Shown: in pieces, positions 18,205-28,181 of the stretch | Numbering within the stretch: position 1 is the stretch's first letter | How the letters are laid out: the number at the start of each line of letters is the position of its first letter | Source: Candidatus Omnitrophica bacterium UBA6233 | Lineage (GTDB): Bacteria > Omnitrophota > Gorgyraeia > Gygaellales > Profunditerraquicolaceae | Assembly (NCBI GenBank): GCA_002440965.1 | Contig: DJWJ01000011.1 | Location: 61,427-125,426 of the forward strand | Length of the DNA stretch: 64,000 nucleotides | Direction of reading: 5' to 3' | The notes under the pieces: generated by a model | Database searches by the model: none | What the model saw: the letters and a program-made list of their open reading frames with translations, nothing else | What the model was told of the DNA's origin: nothing | Position numbers and translations under genes: made by a program

Positions 18205-19500
18205 CTAATTTCTTAAAGCTTCAGAGATTGATTCTGAAAGAGTAGGGTGGGCAAACAAAGTATTACGCAGATTCCCGACAGTAATAGAATTCGCTATGGC
18301 TAAAGAGAAAATTCCAATTAACTCGGCTGCTTTAGGCCCGATAATAGAAGCGCCCAGAACTACTCCGGATTTTTTATCTGCCACTATTTTTATAAAACCA
18401 TCTGTTTCGTCTAAAATCCGGGCCATACCTAAACCAAGAAAATCAAATCTGTAAATATCTACCGTAAATCCTTTATTTACCGCTTCTTCCTCATTCAAAC
18501 CTGCAGAACCAATTTCAGGGTCAGTAAAAATACTGCTTGGGACACAAACCGGATAAGCGCTTATTCGATTATCTGGTTGGGCTAAATTTTGCACTGCCGC
18601 CCTTCCCTGATACCCGGCAAGATGCGCCAGCATAATTCTAGAAACGCAATCCCCTGCGGCATAAACATCACTCGCGTTTACGCGAAGATATTCATCGACG
18701 ACGATTCTACCGTTTTCCGATTCTATCCCCAAATTATCGAGCCCTAAGGCATCTATTTGGGGCATCCTGCCTATACAAACCAATATAGTATCGAACTCAT
18801 CGGGCTTTAAACTTAAAACATCGGTATTGGTATTTACCCTAATCCCCTTCTTCTTAAAACAATTTTCTATTTTTCTGGCTATTTCCTTATCCTCTCCCGG
18901 TAAAAGCTGCGGCATTTTCTCAACTATGGTAACTTTGGAACCCAAAACAGAAAATAAACCGGCAAACTCGCACCCGATGACCCCGCCCCCGATAATTAAA
19001 AGCGAACCCGGGATATTCTTCAAAAAAAGGGCTTCATTGCTAGATAGTATCTTCTTACCGTCGAATTTTAATTGCGCGAGTTCACAAGGTTTGGAACCCG
19101 AAGCAATAAGAATATTCCTGGCTCGAATTATCTTATCCCCGGAAATTCTTATCTCCTGATTGGATACCAATTGCGCTTCTCCGGACAAAAAATCAATTCC
19201 CTTTAGCCTAAAACGCATTCCCAGCCTAAGTTGCTGGATTATTCGGTCCTTTCTTTCCTGTATCTTTATTAAATCTAATACCGGATCCAAAAGGCCTAGG
19301 CCAAAAACAGATGATTTTTTCGTCAGGTTAAAAACTCTGGCGGATTGAATAAGGGTTTTGGTGGGAATACAGCCTAAGTTCAGACATGTCCCGCCGATCT
19401 CGGATTTATCGACGATGACCGTCTTAAGGCCCAACTGTTTTGCTTGAAGGCCGGCATTAAAACCAGCCCAGCCCGCGCCGATTACCGCTAAATCATACAT
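18205..19500 (-). CDS. lpdA: Dihydrolipoyl dehydrogenase (E3)
   Basis: A 431 aa ORF has the FAD site DLAVIGAGWAG and the redox-active disulfide GGTCLNLGCIPTK. Confidence 0.85.
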   Translation of the reverse strand: MYDLAVIGAGWAGFNAGLQAKQLGLKTVIVDKSEIGGTCLNLGCIPTKTLIQSARVFNLTKKSSVFGLGLLDPVLDLIKIQERKDRIIQQLRLGMRFRLKGIDFLSGEAQLVSNQEIRISGDKIIRARNILIASGSKPCELAQLKFDGKKILSSNEALFLKNIPGSLLIIGGGVIGCEFAGLFSVLGSKVTIVEKMPQLLPGEDKEIARKIENCFKKKGIRVNTNTDVLSLKPDEFDTILVCIGRMPQIDALGLDNLGIESENGRIVVDEYLRVNASDVYAAGDCVSRIMLAHLAGYQGRAAVQNLAQPDNRISAYPVCVPSSIFTDPEIGSAGLNEEEAVNKGFTVDIYRFDFLGLGMARILDETDGFIKIVADKKSGVVLGASIIGPKAAELIGIFSLAIANSITVGNLRNTLFAHPTLSESISEALRN

Positions 19501-19508
19501 AGGCCGCT

Positions 19509-20429
19509 CTAAAAAGAAAACTGCCGCAACAAATTTTGAATAGAATTAGCTGAATTCATCAACTCTTTTTTTTCGCCATCGCTTAGTTCCAATTCAATTA
19601 TATCTTCAACACCGTTTTTTCCCAAGCGGGCCAAAACGCCAATACAAATATCTTTGATTCCGTATTCACCGGTTAAATAAACACAGGCTCCTAAAACCTT
19701 TTTTTCATCTTTAGCTATTGCCTCGACTACCTCAGCTACCGCAGCCGACGGAGCGAAAAACGCGCTTCCACTCCCTAAGCAAGAAACAATTTCGGCTCCC
19801 CTTTCAACTGTCCTTTTTAAGAGGCTGTCAATTTTCTCTTTATCCAGGATTTTTTCAAGGCTCTCTCCCTTTACCCTGGTATGCCCGGCTAAAGGAATCA
19901 TCCCCTGTCCATGGGCGCCGATAACAACCGGAGTTATATCCACAGGATTTAAATTCAATTCCTGCGCAATAAGATTAGCGAATCTCGAGGCATCCAAACT
20001 AACCCCCATGCCTATAATCTTATTTTTGGGAAATCCGGTGGCTTTCAAAGCAAGATAAGTCATAAGGTCAAGCGGATTCGTAACCACCACCACAATAGCC
20101 TCAGGCGCCAAGTTCCGGATATTCAAACACACATCTTTAAGGATTGAAGAGTTCTTGGCCAATAGTTCTTCGCGGGTCATTCCGGGTTTACGGGCTAGCC
20201 CCGCGGTAACCACGACAACATCCGAATCTTTTATGCTATTTATATCGTCTGAACCTTTAATATTATAACTGGCCTTAAGAATCTGCCGGGCATCTTCCAA
20301 ATCCAAACTTTTTCCCCGGGCTAGCCCTTTAGCGATATCTACCAAAACTATATCTCCGAGCTTAAGCTCGGCCATACGCATAGCGCTTAAGGCCCCGACA
20401 TTCCCAGCTCCAATAACGCTTATTTTCAT
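19509..20429 (-). CDS. mdh: Malate/L-lactate dehydrogenase (LDH-like MDH family)
   Basis: A 306 aa ORF has the NAD-binding [12 protein letters not shown] and the IGAHG catalytic-loop region. Confidence 0.8.
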   Translation of the reverse strand: MKISVIGAGNVGALSAMRMAELKLGDIVLVDIAKGLARGKSLDLEDARQILKASYNIKGSDDINSIKDSDVVVVTAGLARKPGMTREELLAKNSSILKDVCLNIRNLAPEAIVVVVTNPLDLMTYLALKATGFPKNKIIGMGVSLDASRFANLIAQELNLNPVDITPVVIGAHGQGMIPLAGHTRVKGESLEKILDKEKIDSLLKRTVERGAEIVSCLGSGSAFFAPSAAVAEVVEAIAKDEKKVLGACVYLTGEYGIKDICIGVLARLGKNGVEDIIELELSDGEKKELMNSANSIQNLLRQFSF

Positions 20430-21508
20430 TTTATTTTCTTGATAATCGCGTCGGCCATTTCCCGAGTGCCGACTATACCGGAATCTTCAGGATTAGATTT
20501 AAAATCGTAGGTAACAGATACGCCTTCAAGAATAACCTCTTTAACCGCATTTTCTAAAGCCTGGGCTGCCTTATTCTCGTTCAGATATTCGAGCATCAAT
20601 ACACCCGACAAAATCATCGCGGTAGGATTCACTTTGTTTAACCCTTTGTATTTGGGAGCCGACCCATGAACAGCCTCAAATACAGCCATATCCTTTCCGA
20701 CATTTGCTCCGGGAGCAATCCCCAATCCGCCGATAAGGCCTGCGCATAAATCCGAAAGTATATCTCCGTAAAGATTAGGTAAAACCAAAACATCATAAAG
20801 ATGCGGCTTCTGGACCAGCTGCATGCTCATATTATCGACTATCGCTTCAGTAAATTCTATTTTTCCCGCGTAATTCCTAGCCACTTCTCTGCCCGTTTTT
20901 AAAAATAGCCCGTCGGTAAATTTCATAATGTTCGCTTTATGCACGATAGTAACTTTTTTGCGATTATGTTTTAAAGCATACTCAAAGGCAAACTTCACTA
21001 TTCTTTCGGACGCGCTTATCGAAATTGGCTTGATCGAAATCCCTGAATCCGGACGGATGTTTTTTTTACTGGCTTCTTCAATCTCTTTGATCAACTTCCT
21101 GGTTTCCGGCTTGCCTTCCTCAAATTCAATACCCGCGTAAAGATCCTCGCTATTTTCACGGATAATAACCAAATCAATATCCTTAAACAGGCTTCTTACT
21201 CCGGGATAAGTTTTAGCCGGACGGACACAGGCGTATAAATCTAAAGCATGCCTTATCGCCACGTTTACCGAACGGAAACCTTCGCCTATCGGAGTAACTA
21301 TCGGCCCCTTCAACGCTACTTTGTTTCTTTTCACTGAATCGATAGTAGATTTGGGAAGCAATTCTCCGGTTTTCTCCAAAGCTTCACTTCCTGCCAAAGC
21401 TATTTGCCAATCGATCTTTACCCCGGTCGCGTCAATACACCTCCTGGCAGCTTCGCTTACTTCAGGCCCTATGCCATCTCCGGGTATCAAGGTAACTTTG
21501 TAGCTCAT
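20426..21508 (-). CDS. Isocitrate/3-isopropylmalate/homoisocitrate dehydrogenase family enzyme
   Basis: A 360 aa ORF has the N-terminal [15 protein letters not shown] and [10 protein letters not shown] motifs of beta-decarboxylating dehydrogenases. Confidence 0.8.
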   Translation of the reverse strand: MSYKVTLIPGDGIGPEVSEAARRCIDATGVKIDWQIALAGSEALEKTGELLPKSTIDSVKRNKVALKGPIVTPIGEGFRSVNVAIRHALDLYACVRPAKTYPGVRSLFKDIDLVIIRENSEDLYAGIEFEEGKPETRKLIKEIEEASKKNIRPDSGISIKPISISASERIVKFAFEYALKHNRKKVTIVHKANIMKFTDGLFLKTGREVARNYAGKIEFTEAIVDNMSMQLVQKPHLYDVLVLPNLYGDILSDLCAGLIGGLGIAPGANVGKDMAVFEAVHGSAPKYKGLNKVNPTAMILSGVLMLEYLNENKAAQALENAVKEVILEGVSVTYDFKSNPEDSGIVGTREMADAIIKKIK

Positions 21509-22009
21509 TTATACTTTAAGTTCTCCGTATTTTTTATAATAGTTAATGATACCGCCTTCTTTGAGAAGCTCCTGCATAAATTCCGGAAAAGGCTTAACCG
21601 GAAGTTCAATATTCTTAGTTATATTCCTGATGACTCCTTTATCCATATCTATATCTAGACTATCGTTTTCAGCTATCTTCTGCGTATCCGTCTCTATTAA
21701 AGCCAATCCTATATTAAAAGCGTTGCGGTAGAATATGCGGGCAAAGCTCTTGGCCAAAACAGCCACGATACCGGCCTCCTTAATTACCAAAGGAGCCTGT
21801 TCCCGCGAAGACCCCATCCCAAAGTTACTGCCGGCAATAATCATAGATTTACCCGGGGTTATCTTGGCGGGAAAATCCGGATCGATATCCTCCATAATAT
21901 GTTTGGCCAACTCTTTCATATCGGTAATGGCAAATTTATACCTTCCCGATATGATAAAATCAGTATTAATGTTATCCCCTAATTTAATCGCTTTACCTTC
22001 AAATTTCAT
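21509..22009 (-). CDS. leuD: 3-isopropylmalate dehydratase / homoaconitase small subunit (LeuD-like)
   Basis: A 166 aa ORF has the archaeal-type LeuD pattern (GDNINTDFIISGRY). Confidence 0.8.
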   Translation of the reverse strand: MKFEGKAIKLGDNINTDFIISGRYKFAITDMKELAKHIMEDIDPDFPAKITPGKSMIIAGSNFGMGSSREQAPLVIKEAGIVAVLAKSFARIFYRNAFNIGLALIETDTQKIAENDSLDIDMDKGVIRNITKNIELPVKPFPEFMQELLKEGGIINYYKKYGELKV

Positions 22010-23052
22010 AGCTGCCTGAATTCGTCCGAATTTTTAACCTTCGAAAGGGCGGTATCCAGAGTAATGAGGCCCTTTTGAAGTAATTCTTTTAAACACTTAT
22101 CCATAGTCTTCATTCCATATTGAGAACCGGTTTGCATAAGCGTGGGTATCTGCTCAATTTCCTGCTCGCGGATAAGATTCCTTATCCCGGAGGTCCCGAC
22201 CATAATTTCTGTTGCCAATACTCTTCCCTTTCCTGAAGCGTGAGGAAGCAGTAATTGCGAAACTACGCCCTGCAAGCAATCGGCCAATTGCAGTTTAACC
22301 TGCTGTTGCTGGTGAGAAGGAAAAACATCAATGATTCTTTCGATAGTCTGCGGCGCATCCGGAGTATGCAAAGTCGCTAAAACCAGATGTCCTGTCTCTG
22401 CCGCAGTCAAGGCCGTTGAAATGGTTTCCAGATCGCGCATTTCCCCCACGACTATTACATTGGGATCCTGGCGCAACGCGTGTTTGAGCGCTTCAGCGAA
22501 AGAACGCGTATCTTGATAAACTTCCCTCTGCTTTATGACGCTCTTTTCGTTTTTAAAAACAAACTCGATTGGGTCTTCTATGCAAACAATAAGGCATTCT
22601 CTTTCTTTATTAATCAGGTCAATCATTGTAGCCAAAGTCGTGGTTTTACCCATACCAGTAGGGCCGGTAACCAAAACCAAACCATTTGACCTACGGGCCA
22701 AATCAGGAATTATACCGGGAAGCCCGAGTTTTTCAATTGTGGGGATTTCCAAGGGAACGCACCTGAACGCCGCTTCCGGCGAACCTTTTTGCAGATGCGC
22801 ATTGACGCGAAACCGATCCAAACCCGGCAGGGCTAGCGAAAAATCAAGCTCAAGATCCCTCTCAAATGACTCTTTTTGAGAATTGCTTAAAATTCCATAA
22901 ATCATTCTCTTTAAGTCTTCTCTATTTAATACAGGCAGTTTTGTGCGCTGAAGAAAACCGTCAACGCGCAGAATCGGAGGTTCGTTTTCGGTAATATGCA
23001 AATCAGAAGCTTTCTTCTCGATGCACATCATAAGCAATTCCTTTATTTCCAT
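22006..23052 (-). CDS. pilT: Type IV pilus retraction ATPase PilT
   Basis: A 348 aa ORF has the Walker A motif VTGPTGMGKTTT and PilT-family Asp/His boxes. Confidence 0.9.
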   Translation of the reverse strand: MEIKELLMMCIEKKASDLHITENEPPILRVDGFLQRTKLPVLNREDLKRMIYGILSNSQKESFERDLELDFSLALPGLDRFRVNAHLQKGSPEAAFRCVPLEIPTIEKLGLPGIIPDLARRSNGLVLVTGPTGMGKTTTLATMIDLINKERECLIVCIEDPIEFVFKNEKSVIKQREVYQDTRSFAEALKHALRQDPNVIVVGEMRDLETISTALTAAETGHLVLATLHTPDAPQTIERIIDVFPSHQQQQVKLQLADCLQGVVSQLLLPHASGKGRVLATEIMVGTSGIRNLIREQEIEQIPTLMQTGSQYGMKTMDKCLKELLQKGLITLDTALSKVKNSDEFRQL

Positions 23053-23127
23053 CTATAACCTCCTTTATATAGCAAACTAACTGACACTAAATGAACTTAA
23101 AAGTAAAAAAACAAAAGGCAGAACTGT

Positions 23128-23262
23128 TAATGTCAAAAGTCAAAGTTCAAAGCTCAAAATAAATTTAAATTACAAATATCAAATGACAAGAAATTAGTTT
23201 TGGATTTTGAAATTTTAGTTTTAGATTTATTTTGTGCTTTGGATTTTGTCATTTGTCATTAA
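23128..23262. repeat. P-family AT-rich imperfect palindrome, copy 1
   Basis: The left arm taatgtcaaaagtcaaagttcaaagctcaaaataaat... is an approximate reverse complement of the right arm ...tttattttgtgctttggattttgtcatttgtcatta. Confidence 0.75.
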
Positions 23263-23287
23263 ATCTTTGAATTATTAGCCTCTCTGG

Positions 23288-24544
23288 CTAACAAAGAAAA
23301 TCTCCCGGATCAGCGATATGGCCTTTAATTGCCGAAGCGGCTACCGTAGCCGGAGAAGCCAAATATATAAAAGCGCCCGGATTTCCCATTCTACCCTTAA
23401 AATTCCGGTTTGCGGTAGATATAACTATTTCTCCGTCGGCAGGTATACCGTTATGCGTGCCTACGCAAGGACCGCAACCGGGAACCAAAACAATTCCTCC
23501 GGCTTTGACAAAGACATCCAGCAGTTTTAATTTCATTGCCTCTAATAAGACTCTGCGCGAACTGGGAGCTACGATAAATTTGACACCCGGGGCAACTTTT
23601 CTACCTTTGAGTATCTTAGCAGCTATTTTTAAATCTTGCAATCTGCCGTTTGTGCAAGTTCCCAGATATGCTTCATCGATCTTCACTTCGCTTAAATCCC
23701 GCGCAGGCCTGGCATTATCCACAACATGAGGCAAAGCTACCTGCGGCTCTAGACTTGATACATCAAATTCAAGAACTTGCTCATAGGAAGCATCCGTATC
23801 CGCGCAAATCTGTTTGATTTCCGGCTTAGGCACACCGTGAGACCTCAACCAATCAATAGTAACCCTATCCACCGGCATAAACCCGGCTTTAGCGCCCATT
23901 TCTACCGCCATATTACTCATCGTAAAACGGCCGTCCATATCCATTTTATCTATTACCGGCCCGCAAAATTCTACAGCCTTATATGTCGCTCCATCAGCCC
24001 CTATCTCTTTAATGACGCGCAAAATTACATCTTTTGCGAATACGGCCTTGGGAAGTTTCCCCTTAATTACTACCTTAATTGTTTCCGGAACCTTAAACCA
24101 GTTCTTTCCGGTAGCCAAGGCGATAGCCAAATCCGTGGAACCTACCCCCGTGGAAAAAGCGGCTAACGCGCCATAAGTGCAGGTATGGGAATCCGCCCCC
24201 AAAACCAAATCTCCCGGTAAAATTTTGCCGGATTCAGGAATTACCTGGTGACAAACTCCGCAACCTATATCAAAAATATTTTGCCGGAAATCTTTGGCAA
24301 AATCGCGCATCTTTTTATGCACCCGGGACACTCCTTCACTCGGGGATGGCGCGCTATGATCAATAACCATGCAAAAGCCTGTTTTAAGCTCTTTTACGCC
24401 CAGTTCCTTTATCCTGTCAATAATGATAGAGCTAGTGCCATCCTGTCCAAAAGTAAAATCGACTTTGCAAACCGCAAAATCTCCGGCTCTTAGATCCCTG
24501 CCGGAGTGCGCGCTCAATATTTTTTCCGCTATTGTCTTTCCCAT
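23288..24544 (-). CDS. leuC: 3-isopropylmalate dehydratase / homoaconitase large subunit (archaeal-type LeuC/HacA)
   Basis: A 418 aa ORF has the aconitase-family Fe-S ligand Cys residues (GTCTNGR, VPGCGPCVG). Confidence 0.85.
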   Translation of the reverse strand: MGKTIAEKILSAHSGRDLRAGDFAVCKVDFTFGQDGTSSIIIDRIKELGVKELKTGFCMVIDHSAPSPSEGVSRVHKKMRDFAKDFRQNIFDIGCGVCHQVIPESGKILPGDLVLGADSHTCTYGALAAFSTGVGSTDLAIALATGKNWFKVPETIKVVIKGKLPKAVFAKDVILRVIKEIGADGATYKAVEFCGPVIDKMDMDGRFTMSNMAVEMGAKAGFMPVDRVTIDWLRSHGVPKPEIKQICADTDASYEQVLEFDVSSLEPQVALPHVVDNARPARDLSEVKIDEAYLGTCTNGRLQDLKIAAKILKGRKVAPGVKFIVAPSSRRVLLEAMKLKLLDVFVKAGGIVLVPGCGPCVGTHNGIPADGEIVISTANRNFKGRMGNPGAFIYLASPATVAASAIKGHIADPGDFLC

Positions 24545-24595
24545 ATTTTGTCTTCTTCTGATTTAAGCGTGCCTTTGGCGTTTACGCTTAAATCA

Positions 24596-24616
24596 CCCCG
24601 AGCTCTGCGAGGGGTA
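24596..24616. repeat. M3 short GC hairpin motif, copy 1
   Basis: The sequence ccccgagctctgcgaggggta recurs at 28597-28621 and 29516-29539. Confidence 0.5.
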
Positions 24617-24618
24617 AC

Positions 24619-25794
24619 CTATAATGCTTTTAACCAGGATTCTAATCTGTCCATACCCTTTTCTAATTGTTCAGAACTTGCGGCAAAACTCAAACGTATA
24701 AAATCATCTGCTCCAAATCCATTCCCCGGAATGATGCTTAAATATTTCTTCTCCAACAATTGATTTGCTACTTCCGTTGATTTAAGGCCTGTCTTGGATA
24801 TATCGCAAAAAATGTAAAAAGCCCCCTTTGGCACTATCGCTGTAATCTTGGGCATTGCCTGAATACGGTTAATGCAATAGTCCCTTCTTTCCTGAAACTG
24901 GGCGCGGATTTCTTGAAAGAAATCTCTCGGCCCTTTCAATGCCGCAATAGCGGCCTTTTGCGCGATAGAATTGGGATTAGAAGTTGAATGATCCTGCAGG
25001 CGCGAAATTGCCTCCGCTATATGAACCGGCGCGCCCAAATAACCAAGCCTCCAGCCGGTCATCGAGAAACTTTTAGAAAAACCATTTACGGTAACGGTCA
25101 AATCATAAATATCCTTATTTAAACTGGCAATAGAGGTATGCTTTAATCCGTCGTAAATTAATTCCTCATAGATCTCGTCACTGATTACAAATACTTTATT
25201 CTTTACGCATATTTCGGCGATAGCTTCTAATTCTTCTTTTTCATATACGCAGCCGGTTGGATTCGATGGGCTATTCAGGATTAAAACCCGGGATTTCGCG
25301 CTGACTGCCTTTTTTAAATCCTGAGCGTTAAATTTAAAATCCTTCCCGGCCTGAGTTTGTATATAACGGATAGCGCCATCGCAAAGATTCGCCATTTCAG
25401 GATAGCTTACCCAATAAGGAGAAGGAATCAAAACTTCATCCCCCGGATTCACCAGGGCCAAAAGCGCGTTAAATATGCTATGCTTGGCTCCGCATGAAGC
25501 GACGATCTGATTTGGCGCGTATTCCAGAGAGTTATCCTCTTTGAATTTGGCTGAAATTAACTGTTTTAATTCGGGAATGCCTGTGGTAGGAGTATATTTG
25601 GTGAAACCGTTATTAATAGCCTCGATTGCGGCTGCTTTGACAAAATCGGGCGTATCAAAATCGGGCTCTCCGGCGGCAAGAGTTACTATATCAAACCCTT
25701 CGGCTTTTAGTTTTTTAGCCTTGGAAGTGATAGCGAGGGTTGATGAAGGTTTTACATTCTTTAAGCGTTTGGCTAACCTCGTATCTATATGCAT
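24619..25794 (-). CDS. aspC: Class I/II (aspartate) aminotransferase
   Basis: A 391 aa ORF has a PLP-lysine region (SFSKSFSMTGWRLGY). Confidence 0.85.
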   Translation of the reverse strand: MHIDTRLAKRLKNVKPSSTLAITSKAKKLKAEGFDIVTLAAGEPDFDTPDFVKAAAIEAINNGFTKYTPTTGIPELKQLISAKFKEDNSLEYAPNQIVASCGAKHSIFNALLALVNPGDEVLIPSPYWVSYPEMANLCDGAIRYIQTQAGKDFKFNAQDLKKAVSAKSRVLILNSPSNPTGCVYEKEELEAIAEICVKNKVFVISDEIYEELIYDGLKHTSIASLNKDIYDLTVTVNGFSKSFSMTGWRLGYLGAPVHIAEAISRLQDHSTSNPNSIAQKAAIAALKGPRDFFQEIRAQFQERRDYCINRIQAMPKITAIVPKGAFYIFCDISKTGLKSTEVANQLLEKKYLSIIPGNGFGADDFIRLSFAASSEQLEKGMDRLESWLKAL

Positions 25795-25809
25795 AGAAAA
25801 AGAATAGCT

Positions 25810-26382
25810 TTATAGCGAATCCCTTTCTTTCTTGAATATGCCCCTTATCCCTCCTAAGAACTTTTTAGCTGGCTTCTTAGTAACCGGGGGCTTTTCTTTA
25901 ACCGCTTCTTCACGCGCTTCAACCTGCTTTTTCTCATTTGCTTGCGCAGAAGCTGCTGTATCAATTACTTCTTCGGTATCCTTCTCTTTTATTTCCTTGG
26001 CTTTTTTTATCTTTTTTACCTTAGGCTTTAATTCCGTAAGCTCAAAGATAACTATGCTTGCGTCATCACCGCGGCGTTTGCCTAAATTAACGATTCTGGT
26101 GAATCCGCTGACCCGCTTAGCGAAGCGCGGTCCAACCTCGTTAAAAAGACTGGACACTAATTTATGATCGCCTAAAATGCTAAAAGCTTCTCTTTTAGCG
26201 CTTAAAGTATTGGCTTTAGCCAAACTTATAAGCTTCTCGGCTAAAGGCCTTACCGCCTTAGCCCTATGCAAGGTAGTCCTCATGCTCTCATAAATGAGCA
26301 AATTCCTGACTAAGCTATTCAGAGTAGCTTTATGCCAACTGGTAACACGATTTAACTGTAGCCTTCTTTTTTTATGTCGCAT
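25810..26382 (-). CDS. rplQ: 50S ribosomal protein L17 with a Lys/Glu-rich C-terminal extension
   Basis: A 190 aa ORF has an L17 core of about 120 aa plus a roughly 70 aa K/E/A-rich tail. Confidence 0.9.
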   Translation of the reverse strand: MRHKKRRLQLNRVTSWHKATLNSLVRNLLIYESMRTTLHRAKAVRPLAEKLISLAKANTLSAKREAFSILGDHKLVSSLFNEVGPRFAKRVSGFTRIVNLGKRRGDDASIVIFELTELKPKVKKIKKAKEIKEKDTEEVIDTAASAQANEKKQVEAREEAVKEKPPVTKKPAKKFLGGIRGIFKKERDSL

Positions 26383-26386
26383 TGTT

Positions 26387-27379
26387 TTAAGCTTTCTTTA
26401 TTTTTTTAGGATCAACTTGTATGCCTAAGGTTAAACCCATACCCATAAGAAGCTCTTTGATCTCGGTTAACGATTTCTTGCCAAAATTCTTGAAACCAAG
26501 CATTTCTTCTTCGGTTTTTTTAACCAAATCCGCGATAATCCTGATACCCGCTTCCCTTAAACAATTCGAGCTGCGCACCGACAATTCCAATTCCGAAATC
26601 GGCAGCCTCAACTTTTCGTAAAGAGCCGCCTCTTCCTTGGTCATCTCCAAATCTTCTTCAATGATATCTTCGGGTAACTGGCCGAAATTGACAAATACAT
26701 CCAAATGCCTCTGAAGAATATTTGACGCGTATAAAAGAGCGTCCTTGGGAGTAATGGCGCCATTAGTAAAAATCTCAAGGATCAACTTATCGTAATCGGT
26801 GCGCTGCCCCACACGGGTATTCTCGACAAAGAAATTCACCTTCTTTATCGGAGTAAATACCGCGTCAACCGGAATTACGCCGATTGTTTTATCTTCCTTT
26901 TTATTTAACTCGGCCGGGACATACCCCCTGCCGCGCGAAACTTCCATTTCAATGTTCAACTTTGTATCCCTGGTCAGAGTCGCGATATGCAAATCGGAGT
27001 TGATAATTTCAATAGTCTCATCAACTTCGATATCTTTAGCCTTAATATCGCCTTTGGAATCGGCCTTAATCATTATAGTCTTGGGTATCTTGGAATGCGA
27101 GTTAAGAACCAAACTCTTGATGTTAAGGATGAGTTCCGGAATATCTTCTAACACGCCCGGAATAGTCGAAAATTCATGCTGGGCTCCGGAAATCTTTACA
27201 CTTGTCACCGCGCTTCCCTCGATAGAAGAAAATAAAACTCTCCTTAAAGAATTCCCCAAGGTAACGCCATAGCCTCTTTCGAATGGCGCAGCCGAAAATT
27301 TTCCGTAGGTATTGGTATATGTAGCCTCGTCGCACTCAAGCCTTTTTGGTAGTTGAAAATCTCTCCATTTTATTCCCAT
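26387..27379 (-). CDS. rpoA: RNA polymerase alpha subunit
   Basis: A 330 aa ORF has the conserved NTD (LGNSLRRVLFSS) and CTD. Confidence 0.95.
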   Translation of the reverse strand: MGIKWRDFQLPKRLECDEATYTNTYGKFSAAPFERGYGVTLGNSLRRVLFSSIEGSAVTSVKISGAQHEFSTIPGVLEDIPELILNIKSLVLNSHSKIPKTIMIKADSKGDIKAKDIEVDETIEIINSDLHIATLTRDTKLNIEMEVSRGRGYVPAELNKKEDKTIGVIPVDAVFTPIKKVNFFVENTRVGQRTDYDKLILEIFTNGAITPKDALLYASNILQRHLDVFVNFGQLPEDIIEEDLEMTKEEAALYEKLRLPISELELSVRSSNCLREAGIRIIADLVKKTEEEMLGFKNFGKKSLTEIKELLMGMGLTLGIQVDPKKIKKA

Positions 27380-27407
27380 TATATTGTTCCTCCTGTTATA
27401 ACTTCAA

Positions 27408-27540
27408 TTAATGACAAATTACAAAGCACAAAATTCAAAATAATTACAAATTAAAAAATCTAAATCACAAAACCTTAGTTTTGAAATTTGCCATTTTGAT
27501 TTTTGATTTATTTTGGACTTTGAATTTTGTCATTTGAATT
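27408..27540. repeat. P-family palindrome, copy 2 (between rpsD and rpoA)
   Basis: ttaatgacaaattacaaagcacaaaattcaaaataa... is mirrored by ...tttattttggactttgaattttgtcatttgaatt. Confidence 0.75.
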
Positions 27541-27542
27541 TA

Positions 27543-28178
27543 TTATTTAGAATACAACTCTACTATTAACTGCTCTTGTATAACCTGTTGAATATCTTCT
27601 TTACCCGGAAGCCTTAAAACTTTACCGCTTAATTCGGCTGAGTTGAATTCAAGCCAGGTCGGAACTGTCCTCTCCTTGGATTGCTCCAGGATTTCTTTAA
27701 TTTTATTGAGCGCCTTTTCTTTAACCTTAACCTGAATAACATCTCCCTGCATAATCAGATAAGACGGGATATTTACCCTGCGCGAATTAACCTGTATAAA
27801 GTTATGCCTTACTATCTGGCGGGCCTGCGCGCGGGATAATCCCAGACCTAAACGAAAGATCACGTTATCCAAACGCCTTTCCAATAATTGCAGCAATACC
27901 TTTCCGGTAACACCCTTGGTCTTGGAAGCAATTTTAAAATAACGGCGGAATTGTTTTTCTAGGACACCGTAGATTCTTTTTACTTTTTGTTTCTCTTTCA
28001 TCTGAAGGCCGTAGTTAGAGAGCTTGCTCCTGCGTTTTCCACCCTGGCCGTGCTGCCCCGGCGGATAAGCCCTTTTGCTAGCGGCGCACTTTTCCGTATT
28101 ACAACGAGTGCCCTTTAGAAAAAGCTTCTCTCCCTGCCTGCGGCACAATTTGCAAACTGCGTCAGTATAACGTGCCAT
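27543..28178 (-). CDS. rpsD: 30S ribosomal protein S4
   Basis: A 211 aa ORF has [14 protein letters not shown]. Confidence 0.95.
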   Translation of the reverse strand: MARYTDAVCKLCRRQGEKLFLKGTRCNTEKCAASKRAYPPGQHGQGGKRRSKLSNYGLQMKEKQKVKRIYGVLEKQFRRYFKIASKTKGVTGKVLLQLLERRLDNVIFRLGLGLSRAQARQIVRHNFIQVNSRRVNIPSYLIMQGDVIQVKVKEKALNKIKEILEQSKERTVPTWLEFNSAELSGKVLRLPGKEDIQQVIQEQLIVELYSK

Positions 28179-28181
28179 AAA

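Noticed and set aside
23053-23287. Possible CRISPR array suggested by the reiterated tttgtcatttgtcatt / aatgacaaa units
   Set aside because: Each locus is one imperfect palindrome, where the arms are reverse complements. It is not a series of direct repeats with unique spacers. There are no cas genes.
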